The translations under genes were made by a program, and so were the position numbers. From Candidatus Hermodarchaeota archaeon (GTDB lineage: Archaea; Asgardarchaeota; Lokiarchaeia; Sigyniarchaeales; SOKP01), in NCBI GenBank assembly GCA_048885765.1, contig JBHLLI010000001.1:2592-66591 (forward strand): DNA of 64,000 nucleotides, read 5' to 3'. The notes beneath the pieces are model-generated. The model ran no database searches. It saw only the letters and a program-made list of their open reading frames with translations, and had not been told where the DNA came from. Shown here piece after piece: positions 7,944 through 17,240 of the stretch (position 1 is its first letter; each line of letters starts with the position of its first letter).

Positions 7944-10900
7944 TTATTCCTCTTTAAATAATAATTTGTCATCTTGTTTGACTTTTTCGGATTCAAATGA
8001 TTCTAGATTTAAGATATCAATATTATTTTGGACGGTATTTTTAATCAGTTCGTCTCGATTAGTCACTGAGATGGGTTTTGTCTTTTTCGTTTTTCGAACT
8101 TTTTTCTTTAGCTTTCTTATTTTTCTCACCATTGGAGGATATTTAAAATGTGTCTGATAGAGTGTGAAAATCAGTGCAAGTCCAATAATTCCACCAATTA
8201 ATATATATATAAGCCAACTCAAATCAGGTCCAGGACTTACCTCAGGTCTGGTCACGATTAAAGTTATATCCTTACTTGTATAAATATAATCATCTCCCGC
8301 ATCAGCATATAAAGTTATAGGATAGGAACCTTCTGGAACATTTTCCAAAAGATACTCATAAGTACCGTTATTATAAGTATCAATAAGTACGTCTTGACCA
8401 TATGCCCATTTGTATGTAACAATCGCATTTTTAATAGTGCCTCCAAAGTATGTATCAAGTAAAGTTGCTCTTAATATTACATCATCTCCAGGTATAGCCT
8501 CTATTTGAGACGATATATTAATTAACGTAGGTATTTTATTAATAGTAAGTATTAATAATTTTTCTTGAATCTCGTAATTCGTAGCAATTGCTGTAATTGA
8601 TATCCTATTAGAAATTGAAATTTCCAATCCCATTGAATGTACTAATTCCATTGTATCTAATTCAATACTATGTTGTTCTAAAGCATCATCTCTAGTTAAA
8701 TTAATTGACAGTTCATTTAGAGTTACATATGCATAAGGGATATAAGCACCAATCTCATTTGTATACTTCACTGTTATATTTAATATTTCTCCTATTGTAA
8801 GATTAAAAATAGCGGGACTTGTCTTAATAGCACCATTTAATAAAAGTTGAAAGTTTGTTGGCTTTTCGGTTACTTGAACGTAAAAGCTAATTGATTGAGG
8901 ATTATAATTATCTTTACGTGCAAACACTGTAAATGGTGTGATTCCTTGCTCTAAAGACTCTTCTCCTATAATGATAGTATACTGATTGTTTGTCTCATTT
9001 AGAAAGTCAATGCTTAATAATTCAACTGTTGCATTAGGAAGATGATTTCCATGAGAACTATCTCGATATTCAACAGTTATATTTATATCTTCGCCAAGGT
9101 CTATTTGGATTGTATCGCTAAAATTCGTTAGCTGTTGATTCACATACAATTCTAAATAACTTCCTAATTCAGTTATTTGGATCCTAATTAAAGCAAATTG
9201 TGCTTCATATTTATATGGATTAATAGATATTATTAAAGTCTGGAGAGTAAGTGAACTGTAAGCAGAAGTATTACATTCTAACTCGTATTGCCCGATAATA
9301 GGTTGAATTAGATGATATTCACCATTCCAGGATACATTAACATCATCAAAAGCATCTATCCCAAATCCACTATTCTTTTCAGTATAGTTAAATTTCACCG
9401 TAAAATTGTCATTCCATGCAACAGAAACAATATCAAGCCCATTTTCTACAGTAAGAACTGTTTGCTTTACTACTTCAACAGTAATATTTACTTCTTTATT
9501 CAAGTAAAATTCATGATCAGCATAAATTGTAACAGTATTATTGCCCGCACTAGCTTTACTCGCATTGAATTCATATAAGTAATAACCTGGACTTATTTCA
9601 CTTAAAATTTCAGGTGCCCCTGTGAAATCAGTATATACATCTGCATTTTCTATAGCTCTATTGTCTATTAAATCGTTATATGAGACTTTTATGTTTATAA
9701 TTCGATCATCAAAAACATTTTCAATGAAATCTATACCTTGATCTGGTACAAGCTTAGAATCATGGATTACTGTAAAGTTTTTATAAATAACTCCTGTTTC
9801 ATTTAAATCAAAAGAAGTATATGAATTATTCCAAGTAATAATTACTTCATATTCTCCCGCTTTATAATTAGGAACATTATTAGGTATCATAAATGGGTCA
9901 AAATAAACTATACCATTATCGTTAACTTGTTTAATTTGATTTTCTCCGGTCCATATAGTGCCATCCGGAAATCTTATATACAGGTTTGCCATAGTATTTC
10001 CGATATAACTAGATATATCAAGTTCGGGGCTCTCTATTTTTCCTGTTATATTGATATAATCTCCACTTATGAATGCATTATTAGGTACCCAAGGTCCAGT
10101 AGGAGTAGGACTGTTATAGATATTTAACTCTGAACAATAATTAGGTGATACTGCTGTTAACTTCCAAAATCCATTTGTATTACTTGTTATGGAACTTACT
10201 GGAATATTTACAATCTTCTTATTTGCATTCTCTGTTATTTTGGTTTGAGAAAGAGAATTAGGATTTTGAGAGAAGAATATTCCTGTTAAATTAACATCCA
10301 GAGGATATTCAACTGTCATATTTGTTTCCTCGTATCCTGCAGGAATTTCCATATGGGCATAAGTTGTCCAATCCACATTACTATTATTGGATACACTAAA
10401 AGCAGATCCTTGATAACTAAGATCTGGATCAGCTGTATAATAAGTTTCAGGACTAGATTTATATGTAAACAAATTCAAATTTGCATCAAGTTCTATCTTA
10501 TAACTTATCCAATTTCCTTCATCTTTAAAAGTCAAAAGCCAATTCAGATCACTACTAAAATTAGCTATTACTGATGATTGGATACTTCCATTCCAATTAC
10601 CTAAAATACCAAGATTACCTTCACCATAATTAACATTATCATTCACATCTTCACCATTTAATTGCAATTCCAGTTGACTTGGTTTTGCTTTCGATTTTAC
10701 AATTAACGAAACATTATCAAAAAGAGTAGAATAATCTGCATAACCTGAAGCAGTTCCGCTGACTCTTTTAAATTCTATGGTAATATTCATATTTTTAACT
10801 CCTTCAGGAAATATTTGATCATCATTACCATCTAAGTAAATAGGATATGGATTATACCATTGACCATTAGAATTGCCACATGCGTCTAGCATAGACTGAA

Positions 10901-11669
10901 GACCATTACCCCATATAAGTTTATCATTTACTAATACTTGCAATACCATATGATTATTGAAATTATCACCATGTTTTGGATAAACCGCAAAAGATAACCA
11001 AGCATTATCTACATCCCCTCTATCAATTTCAAAAGTGGTTTCCCACCAGCACTTATCACCAACATCATAACGACCAGATCCATCCCCATCAATGGCTAAT
11101 TCCAAGCAATCCTCTCCTCCATCAGTTAAAGGTTGACTACCATCAAAATAATTTCCACTCATAGCATTAATATATCCTTGTATATCCTGTGTTCTAAATG
11201 TCCAATTAGTAAGATATGCACTATCATCATCTCCAAATGGAGACCCTCCAAAAGAACCAGCATGAAATGTTCCATTAATCCAGTTACGTGTATCGTATAA
11301 ATTAGTTACCATAGAATTTAGTTGGTACCCATTCCATCCGTATAATTCTACTTTTGCGTGAGTATCATCATAAGAATTATTGTTAAAACTAACTGCTAAA
11401 TTTGATTTTGTGTAATTAGCATAATGAGTTACATTCCAAGGAGCTCCTGTACCAGTGAATAAATTTCCTGCTGATAATTCTGAAGTTGCTAAATTTTCAG
11501 CAAAAAAAGATTCCTCTTTATTATTATCATTTTGATGAAAATTCGGATTTATATTAAGATTACTGAAAAAAGGAATCATTAAGAGACTAATGAAAAAAAC
11601 TGATAAAACATAAATCTTTTTTTTGTTAATTTTGTTTGAGTTCAAAATCCAACCTCTTTTTATTTTCAA
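7944..11669 (-). CDS. large surface protein with jelly-roll/CBM-like N-domain, repeated Ig-like beta-sandwich modules, one TM and the conserved basic tail
   Basis: 1241 aa. TTG start with 'AGGT' 4 nt upstream and anchor 'IYVLSVFFISLLMIPFF'. There are dozens of N-x-S/T sequons and recurring modules such as 'NITVEYRDSSHGNHLPNATVELL', 'NITVKYTNEIGAYIPYAYVTL' and 'NIKVSYNDLIDNRAIENADVY'. C-terminus is 'SPGPDLSWLIYILIGGIIGLALIFTLYQTHFKYPPMVRKIRKLKKKVRKTKK'. Confidence 0.8.
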   Translation of the reverse strand: MKIKRGWILNSNKINKKKIYVLSVFFISLLMIPFFSNLNINPNFHQNDNNKEESFFAENLATSELSAGNLFTGTGAPWNVTHYANYTKSNLAVSFNNNSYDDTHAKVELYGWNGYQLNSMVTNLYDTRNWINGTFHAGSFGGSPFGDDDSAYLTNWTFRTQDIQGYINAMSGNYFDGSQPLTDGGEDCLELAIDGDGSGRYDVGDKCWWETTFEIDRGDVDNAWLSFAVYPKHGDNFNNHMVLQVLVNDKLIWGNGLQSMLDACGNSNGQWYNPYPIYLDGNDDQIFPEGVKNMNITIEFKRVSGTASGYADYSTLFDNVSLIVKSKAKPSQLELQLNGEDVNDNVNYGEGNLGILGNWNGSIQSSVIANFSSDLNWLLTFKDEGNWISYKIELDANLNLFTYKSSPETYYTADPDLSYQGSAFSVSNNSNVDWTTYAHMEIPAGYEETNMTVEYPLDVNLTGIFFSQNPNSLSQTKITENANKKIVNIPVSSITSNTNGFWKLTAVSPNYCSELNIYNSPTPTGPWVPNNAFISGDYINITGKIESPELDISSYIGNTMANLYIRFPDGTIWTGENQIKQVNDNGIVYFDPFMIPNNVPNYKAGEYEVIITWNNSYTSFDLNETGVIYKNFTVIHDSKLVPDQGIDFIENVFDDRIINIKVSYNDLIDNRAIENADVYTDFTGAPEILSEISPGYYLYEFNASKASAGNNTVTIYADHEFYLNKEVNITVEVVKQTVLTVENGLDIVSVAWNDNFTVKFNYTEKNSGFGIDAFDDVNVSWNGEYHLIQPIIGQYELECNTSAYSSLTLQTLIISINPYKYEAQFALIRIQITELGSYLELYVNQQLTNFSDTIQIDLGEDINITVEYRDSSHGNHLPNATVELLSIDFLNETNNQYTIIIGEESLEQGITPFTVFARKDNYNPQSISFYVQVTEKPTNFQLLLNGAIKTSPAIFNLTIGEILNITVKYTNEIGAYIPYAYVTLNELSINLTRDDALEQHSIELDTMELVHSMGLEISISNRISITAIATNYEIQEKLLILTINKIPTLINISSQIEAIPGDDVILRATLLDTYFGGTIKNAIVTYKWAYGQDVLIDTYNNGTYEYLLENVPEGSYPITLYADAGDDYIYTSKDITLIVTRPEVSPGPDLSWLIYILIGGIIGLALIFTLYQTHFKYPPMVRKIRKLKKKVRKTKKTKPISVTNRDELIKNTVQNNIDILNLESFESEKVKQDDKLLFKEE

Positions 11670-11744
11670 TTTTACCTATATATACAATTTTTTTTAATAT
11701 AAAAGTTACTCTATAATCATTATAAATATAATCAAAATAAAATA

Positions 11745-11778
11745 TAGGATAATAATATTAATATAGAGTATTTAAATC
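11745..11778 (-). promoter_or_regulatory. conserved 34-bp upstream element (copy 2), contains a TATA-like box
   Basis: 'TAGGATAATAATATTAATATAGAGTATTTAAATC' lies 75 nt upstream of the 1241-aa gene start. It matches 29 of 34 positions of 7742-7775. In gene orientation it begins 'GATTTAAATACTC'. Confidence 0.5.
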
Positions 11779-11861
11779 ATGTTTATTTGAAAAAAAAAAT
11801 TGCATTCTATAATTAAAACTCTACAAATTTTTAAGTGTTTTTTATGTATATTCTTAATTTT

Positions 11862-12677
11862 TTAAAATGGACTTTTTACAAACCCTCCATCAACTTGAAT
11901 GACGGTTCCAGTGATATAACTTGCTCTCTCAGATACTAAAAATATAACTAAGTTTGCTAGTTCTTCAGGTTTACCCAAACGTCCTAATGGAATAGGATCT
12001 ATCCAAGTTTTTTCAATTTCTTCATATGATTTTCCAGTATCCTCAACTGTTTTACTTATCAATTCATGCATGCGATCTGTCAAGGTTGGACCAGGGCATA
12101 CAACATTTACTAATATATTATGATGACCATACTCATTAGCAAGTGTTTTCGCAAAGCCTACAATCCCTAAACGGGTTGTATTCGATAAAACAAGGTTGTT
12201 TAAAGGGTGTTTAACTGAAACTGATGTAATCGCGATAATTCTCCCAGAACTCTGTTTCTTCATAATAGGAATTATTAAATCGATAATCCTAACAAATGAG
12301 AGAAGATTTAAATCAATAGAATTTTTCCACTCGTCCTTAGAAATTTTTTCTAATGGACCAGAAGGAGGACCTCCAGCATTATGAACTAGAATATCTATCT
12401 TCCCAAATTCATTTAATGATTTTTCTACAAGATTTTTTATCTGATCCTCATGCATTAAATCTGCTACAATAGGTAAAACTATATTATTAATATTCTTTGA
12501 TTTTATCTTTTCTATATTTTCTTTGGCGATATTCAAATTCTCTTCTGAACGGCTGCATATTATAACATTTGCTCCTTCTTCATAAAATCCTCTAGCACAT
12601 GCTAATCCCAGTCCTTTACTTGAGGCTAGTACTAAAGCAACTTTATTTTCTAATCCTAAGTTCATTCTTAATATCAT
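11862..12677 (-). CDS. SDR-family oxidoreductase (FabG-like fold) with a non-canonical active-site motif
   Basis: Rossmann motif 'VALVLASSKGLGLA', then 'NAGG' and 'VNVVCPGPTLTD'. The position of the classical YxxxK reads 'SNTTR'. The start is chosen at the ATG of 'MILRMNLG' (12677) because it forms an ATGA overlap with the stop of an upstream 59-aa ORF. The ORF track extends to 12722. Confidence 0.75.
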   Translation of the reverse strand: MILRMNLGLENKVALVLASSKGLGLACARGFYEEGANVIICSRSEENLNIAKENIEKIKSKNINNIVLPIVADLMHEDQIKNLVEKSLNEFGKIDILVHNAGGPPSGPLEKISKDEWKNSIDLNLLSFVRIIDLIIPIMKKQSSGRIIAITSVSVKHPLNNLVLSNTTRLGIVGFAKTLANEYGHHNILVNVVCPGPTLTDRMHELISKTVEDTGKSYEEIEKTWIDPIPLGRLGKPEELANLVIFLVSERASYITGTVIQVDGGFVKSPF

Positions 12678-12853
12678 CCTCTTTGTTTGGAACTTGAAAT
12701 AAAATCTGTAAATATAGCACATTTTCGGTAGAAATTATTACACCTACTACAGTTTTCAGCGCTTAAACAATCTATAGCATTTGGACAAGTAATTTCTTTT
12801 TTATCTAATTTTATCATTACTCTATGTAATCTGTTCTCAATATCATTCCTCAT
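12674..12853 (-). CDS. possible small Cys-rich protein (59 aa, below ORF-track cutoff)
   Basis: ATG at 12853. Translation is MRNDIENRLHRVMIKLDKKEITCPNAIDCLSAENCSRCNNFYRKCAIFTDFISSSKQRG, with five Cys. Its TGA stop overlaps the ATG of the SDR gene (ATGA). Confidence 0.35.
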   Translation of the reverse strand: MRNDIENRLHRVMIKLDKKEITCPNAIDCLSAENCSRCNNFYRKCAIFTDFISSSKQRG

Positions 12854-13105
12854 GACAATTAACCTTATTTCAGCAGTTCTTCTCTTTGATCTCGTTCTTA
12901 ATTATGCTATATTTTTGGTTATATAAGATAAATCTTTTTCATTAAAATTATTAGGTTTTTAATATAATTCTTCTAAAATCTACTTCATAGAAATGCTTTT
13001 TCCTAAATTTCCTATGAAAGATTTCAAAAAGATAATTTTATAAATTCAAATAATTATAATAGTTTTAAAGATTAAAGAATATATTATTAAATATAGATTT
13101 AAAAT

Positions 13106-13582
13106 TTGTATAAAAGGTGTTTGAGTATTAGTATTGACACAAAAAGTTTCGATAATATTCTCAGCAAGATTATAAAGAGTGAAAGCGGCATTAAAAAAGT
13201 AATTTTGGTTGATAGAACAGGATTAACTATTGCAAGTGTCTCGAAATTCTCCTACTTTCCAGCTGATGTAGATGGGATTGGTGCGATTGCTAGCGCTGTA
13301 TTCTGTGCATCAGAGGAACAAGGGAAGAACCTGGAGCTTGGCAATCTGGAAATAGTGACCAGCGAGTTCTCGGGTGGAAAGATTTTCGCATCTTCTTGTG
13401 GGCCTAAAGGTGTTTTAACCCTAATCTCAGATCCGGAGATAAATATTGGTTTAATTAGACTTATTTTGAAACGATCTGGAGATGAATTAAAAGAAATACT
13501 AGATGAATTCTTATCTGAAACAGTCGAAGTTATGGATAGTGGCTTAGATTTATCAGATCTTGACTCACTTACACCTGATTAA
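13106..13582 (+). CDS. Roadblock/LC7 (MglB-like) domain protein with acidic C-terminal tail
   Basis: 158 aa. 'IKKVILVDRTGLTIASVS...DVDGIGAIASAVFCASEEQGKNLELGNLEIVTSEFSGGKIFASSCGPKGVLTLISD' is a typical Roadblock alpha-beta-beta-alpha-beta-beta pattern. The start codon is uncertain (TTG at 13106 in the ORF track). Confidence 0.8.
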   Translation: MYKRCLSISIDTKSFDNILSKIIKSESGIKKVILVDRTGLTIASVSKFSYFPADVDGIGAIASAVFCASEEQGKNLELGNLEIVTSEFSGGKIFASSCGPKGVLTLISDPEINIGLIRLILKRSGDELKEILDEFLSETVEVMDSGLDLSDLDSLTPD

Positions 13583-13698
13583 TAAACACATATTTCATCA
13601 AAATTACTTTTAATTAAATAACCTAAACCTCTTTATTTATTACATTAGCTAAGAGAAGTTCAATTCTTAATAGTTTAAATAAAAATAAAAAAAATTTT

Positions 13699-15177
13699 TT
13701 AGGTTTTAGATTTTCTTTTTTTAAGGAAATAAATACCAACAATTCCTCCTAGAGCCGCTCCTTCGAGAATAACAAAGACCAGCAACACTATACTTAAGGT
13801 CACAGTATCAATTTCTGGCACTCCCGCAGTACAAATATTATTTTCAAAAATGTTTCCTGAACTTCCGCCGGTTTCATTGTAGCATACCAAATTTCCTAAC
13901 AAAATATTGTTAACTATGATATTAATATCGCTATTTTCTAAATAAGTACCATTTCTGTTATTATTAGCTGTATTAGATACAATCGAATTTGAATTACTGT
14001 CTAATAAGTGGATTCCATTCATTTCATTATTATTTGCTGTATTTCCTATTAGCCCCGCATTATTGCTTGAATCTAATAGAATTCCATGCTCTTTGTTATT
14101 ATTTGCTAAATTATTGATCAGAAGATTATTGTGGCTATTAAAATCTAAATGAATACCACTTAAGTTATTGTATTGAATAGTATTGGTTCCTAATATATTC
14201 CTTTGACTGGCATATAACCTTATTCCGTCTAAACCATTATGATGAATATTGTTATTTTCAATCTCACAATCATCTGGGCTATTCAGAAATATTCCATTAT
14301 CACTATTCTCATAAACAGTGTTTTGAAGACAGTAAAGAAAATTACCACCATCAAGGAGAATTCCATGTAATACATTACTGAAAATAATATTATTTTGAAT
14401 CAATACTTCATCACATGCATCCGTCATGATTCCATTCTGACCATTAAAGCTAGCGGTATTTCCTATAACATTATTATCATCACTATTAGAATTCAAGGAA
14501 ATCCCATTTATATTTTCATTTTGGTTTGCTAAATTATTCGAAATTGTATTAAACGTACTCTGAGTGAGAAATATACCATGGTTAGAATTATCAGAAGCAT
14601 TATTATTTGAGATGATGTTATGATGGGAATTAGATAAGCGCAATCCTTCATTATTTTGATACATATGATTACCACTTAATTCTGTATCATTCACAAATGA
14701 TAATTCAATACCTCTTAGACAATTATATGCATTACAATTGATAACATCCCCGTTAGTTATATTATTAAGATACAATCCTGCTTCTAATGAATCTGAATTT
14801 CTAAAAGTACATGTTCTAATCACAAAATACTCTCTTGAATTGAGAATTCTCAAACAATCATCAAACATCGCACCATTATCAAAAATATGATCTTGAATTA
14901 AATATGGACTTGAAGGTGTTCCTAACCCTGTACAAATTCCAATATCCTTTGCCCAGGTCCAATTGCCAGAATTGGTAGTATTAGTAGTAGCTAGCGCATC
15001 AATTTCAATATTAACAAATGTAGCAGCCATTTTAGGTAATAATATATCAAAATTGTCCTCGCTTTTAACCGTACCAGTTAATAATTGGAGATTAAAACCA
15101 ACTGAAAAACCTAAAATTGAACAAATTAAGATAATTGTTAGTAAAGTCGTATTTTTTTGGTTTTTTCTATTATACAT
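13699..15177 (-). CDS. right-handed parallel beta-helix (PbH1/NosD-like) surface protein with C-terminal membrane anchor
   Basis: 492 aa with an N-terminal anchor. It has more than 12 tandem ~22-aa repeats of the type 'N.I..N.....NGI.L..S..N.I..N'. The C-terminal TM is 'LSIVLLVFVILEGAALGGIVGIYFLKKRKSKT'. Confidence 0.75.
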   Translation of the reverse strand: MYNRKNQKNTTLLTIILICSILGFSVGFNLQLLTGTVKSEDNFDILLPKMAATFVNIEIDALATTNTTNSGNWTWAKDIGICTGLGTPSSPYLIQDHIFDNGAMFDDCLRILNSREYFVIRTCTFRNSDSLEAGLYLNNITNGDVINCNAYNCLRGIELSFVNDTELSGNHMYQNNEGLRLSNSHHNIISNNNASDNSNHGIFLTQSTFNTISNNLANQNENINGISLNSNSDDNNVIGNTASFNGQNGIMTDACDEVLIQNNIIFSNVLHGILLDGGNFLYCLQNTVYENSDNGIFLNSPDDCEIENNNIHHNGLDGIRLYASQRNILGTNTIQYNNLSGIHLDFNSHNNLLINNLANNNKEHGILLDSSNNAGLIGNTANNNEMNGIHLLDSNSNSIVSNTANNNRNGTYLENSDINIIVNNILLGNLVCYNETGGSSGNIFENNICTAGVPEIDTVTLSIVLLVFVILEGAALGGIVGIYFLKKRKSKT

Positions 15178-15313
15178 TTTTAGAACCTTTTTTTAGATAG
15201 AGTATGTAATTGAACGTGGATAAGATATAAAAAGGATTTAGGAATGATTCTTCCCATTTATCAGAAAATGCTCTGAATTTAAAACCAGAAAAAAATAAAA
15301 AAAAAAAGTGGGA

Positions 15314-17098
15314 TTAAGATTTTCTTTTTCTGATAAAATAAGTAGCAATAATTACTCCGATAACAGCACTTTCTACAATAACAATAATAAGGAGAACTAA
15401 GCTCATATCTATCGTAAAACCTGCCGCAGCAGCGCATATATTATTTTCAAAAATATTTCCAGTACTTCCTGTTTCATTAAAGCATGCACCATTACCAATA
15501 AATACATTATTAGCGACGATATTATTGTTACTCGTATCCAAAAATGTTCCATTCATATTGCCATTTGCTGTATTAGAAGTGATACTGTTTACGTCGCTAC
15601 CCAATAGATGAATTCCATTCATTCCATTATTACTAGCTGTATTACCGGTAATTGTATTGCTATCACTAGTTTCTAATAGGATTCCATGGAAAACATTATT
15701 AGTTGCAAAGTTATTTACTAGTAAATTTAAATCACATCCTGAAGCTAATACAATCCCACTCCAGTTATTATACCTTGCAGTGTTGGATTTTATTGTATTC
15801 CAAAGACTACCAGCTGTTAATCTTATTCCATCATATCCATTATGATGAGCGTAGTTACTTTCGATAATACAATTTGAAATATCCTCTAAATATATTCCAT
15901 ATAGCAAATTCTCATAGACAGTGTTCTTAGTGCATGTAATATTATCAGTATTGAAAAGATAAATTCCAAATACTGAATTATTATATGCTATACTATTATG
16001 AATAAGTGAATCTATACATCCAGTAAGGTATATACCCGCAACCAAATTATGATTCATGGTATTTTGGATATATTCATTATTAGAAGTACCTGGACCATCA
16101 CCGAAAATTCCAAACACATTATTAGTATTTACTGTATTTTTTGAAATTACATTATATTGACTTCCACTCAATAAGTAAATTCCACTAACATCATTGTCAT
16201 TAGCAGTATTGGATAACAGTGTATTTCTATCACTATCACCTAATTGGATACCACTTACAGCATTATCATTAGCTTCATTATAAGAAATATCACAATCACT
16301 ACAACTATCGATACTAATCCCACTATCACCATTACGATTTACCGTATTATGTAATATATTATTATTATTACTTAGCAAAACAAGCCAGATTCCGGGATAA
16401 TTTTGATTATCATTAAGTAGATTATATGAAATAGTGTTATGAGTACTTAGGGATACATATATCCCTATATCTATATTTGCTGAAATATTGTTGCTATAAA
16501 TAGTGTTATGATGGGAGTTATCAAGAGTCACCCCTGCAGTTGTGTCGTAAATATGGCTATCCCTTATCTCAGTATTATTTACATTATCCATCTCAATTCC
16601 TATATAATTATCATAAGAATTACAATTAATGATTCTTCCATTAGTAACATTGTACAAATAAAGACCATCATCCATGAAACCAGCGCTCATAAAAGTGCAA
16701 TCTTGAATGATAAAATAATCTCTTGAATTAAAGATCCTTAAACAATCATCCATTGCATAAGCATTATCAAAAGTATGACCTTGTATTCTGTAAGGACTAC
16801 CAGGGGTGCCAAATCCAGTACATAACCCAATACTTTTTGCCCATGTCCAATTACCATTTGTTGAAGTGTTTGTAGTCAATAGGGCATCAATTGTAATATC
16901 ACCAAAAATAGCGGCAGTTTTCAATGAATCAGCACCATAATCCGAATTAACTTCAGTAATTTGTCCAGAAGTATAGAGACTGGTACTGAGAGAGACCGCC
17001 ATGATAGAGCTTGTTAACAAAATTGCCACTAAAACTGTTTGTTTTAGGTTTTTTCTGTTTGACATTAAATTTACCCTTTTATAAAAGATTGTATGCAT
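15314..17098 (-). CDS. right-handed parallel beta-helix (PbH1/NosD-like) surface protein, paralog
   Basis: It shares 'GNWTWAK.IG.CTG.GTP.SPY.IQ.H.FDN' and the same repeat type and C-terminal anchor with 13699-15177. The likely true start is M12 'MSNRKNLKQ' (17065), which parallels 'MYNRKNQKN' of the paralog. Confidence 0.75.
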   Translation of the reverse strand: MHTIFYKRVNLMSNRKNLKQTVLVAILLTSSIMAVSLSTSLYTSGQITEVNSDYGADSLKTAAIFGDITIDALLTTNTSTNGNWTWAKSIGLCTGFGTPGSPYRIQGHTFDNAYAMDDCLRIFNSRDYFIIQDCTFMSAGFMDDGLYLYNVTNGRIINCNSYDNYIGIEMDNVNNTEIRDSHIYDTTAGVTLDNSHHNTIYSNNISANIDIGIYVSLSTHNTISYNLLNDNQNYPGIWLVLLSNNNNILHNTVNRNGDSGISIDSCSDCDISYNEANDNAVSGIQLGDSDRNTLLSNTANDNDVSGIYLLSGSQYNVISKNTVNTNNVFGIFGDGPGTSNNEYIQNTMNHNLVAGIYLTGCIDSLIHNSIAYNNSVFGIYLFNTDNITCTKNTVYENLLYGIYLEDISNCIIESNYAHHNGYDGIRLTAGSLWNTIKSNTARYNNWSGIVLASGCDLNLLVNNFATNNVFHGILLETSDSNTITGNTASNNGMNGIHLLGSDVNSITSNTANGNMNGTFLDTSNNNIVANNVFIGNGACFNETGSTGNIFENNICAAAAGFTIDMSLVLLIIVIVESAVIGVIIATYFIRKRKS

Positions 17099-17240
17099 TT
17101 TATGATTATTCGCATATATAAATCTATAATATTCTCTTTTTAATTTAATGGACTGTCATTATTAGTATTTTTAAACTATTTTATAGGGTTAATTACCAAA
17201 AATCACAAAAGTTTTTCAAGAGTATATCTTAAAAAAATTT

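Noticed and set aside
13699-17098. Periodic ~66-nt repeats that might be mistaken for a CRISPR-like or tandem DNA repeat array
   Set aside because: They are in-frame, degenerate coding repeats of parallel beta-helix turns. They have no conserved repeat-spacer structure, and no cas genes are present.
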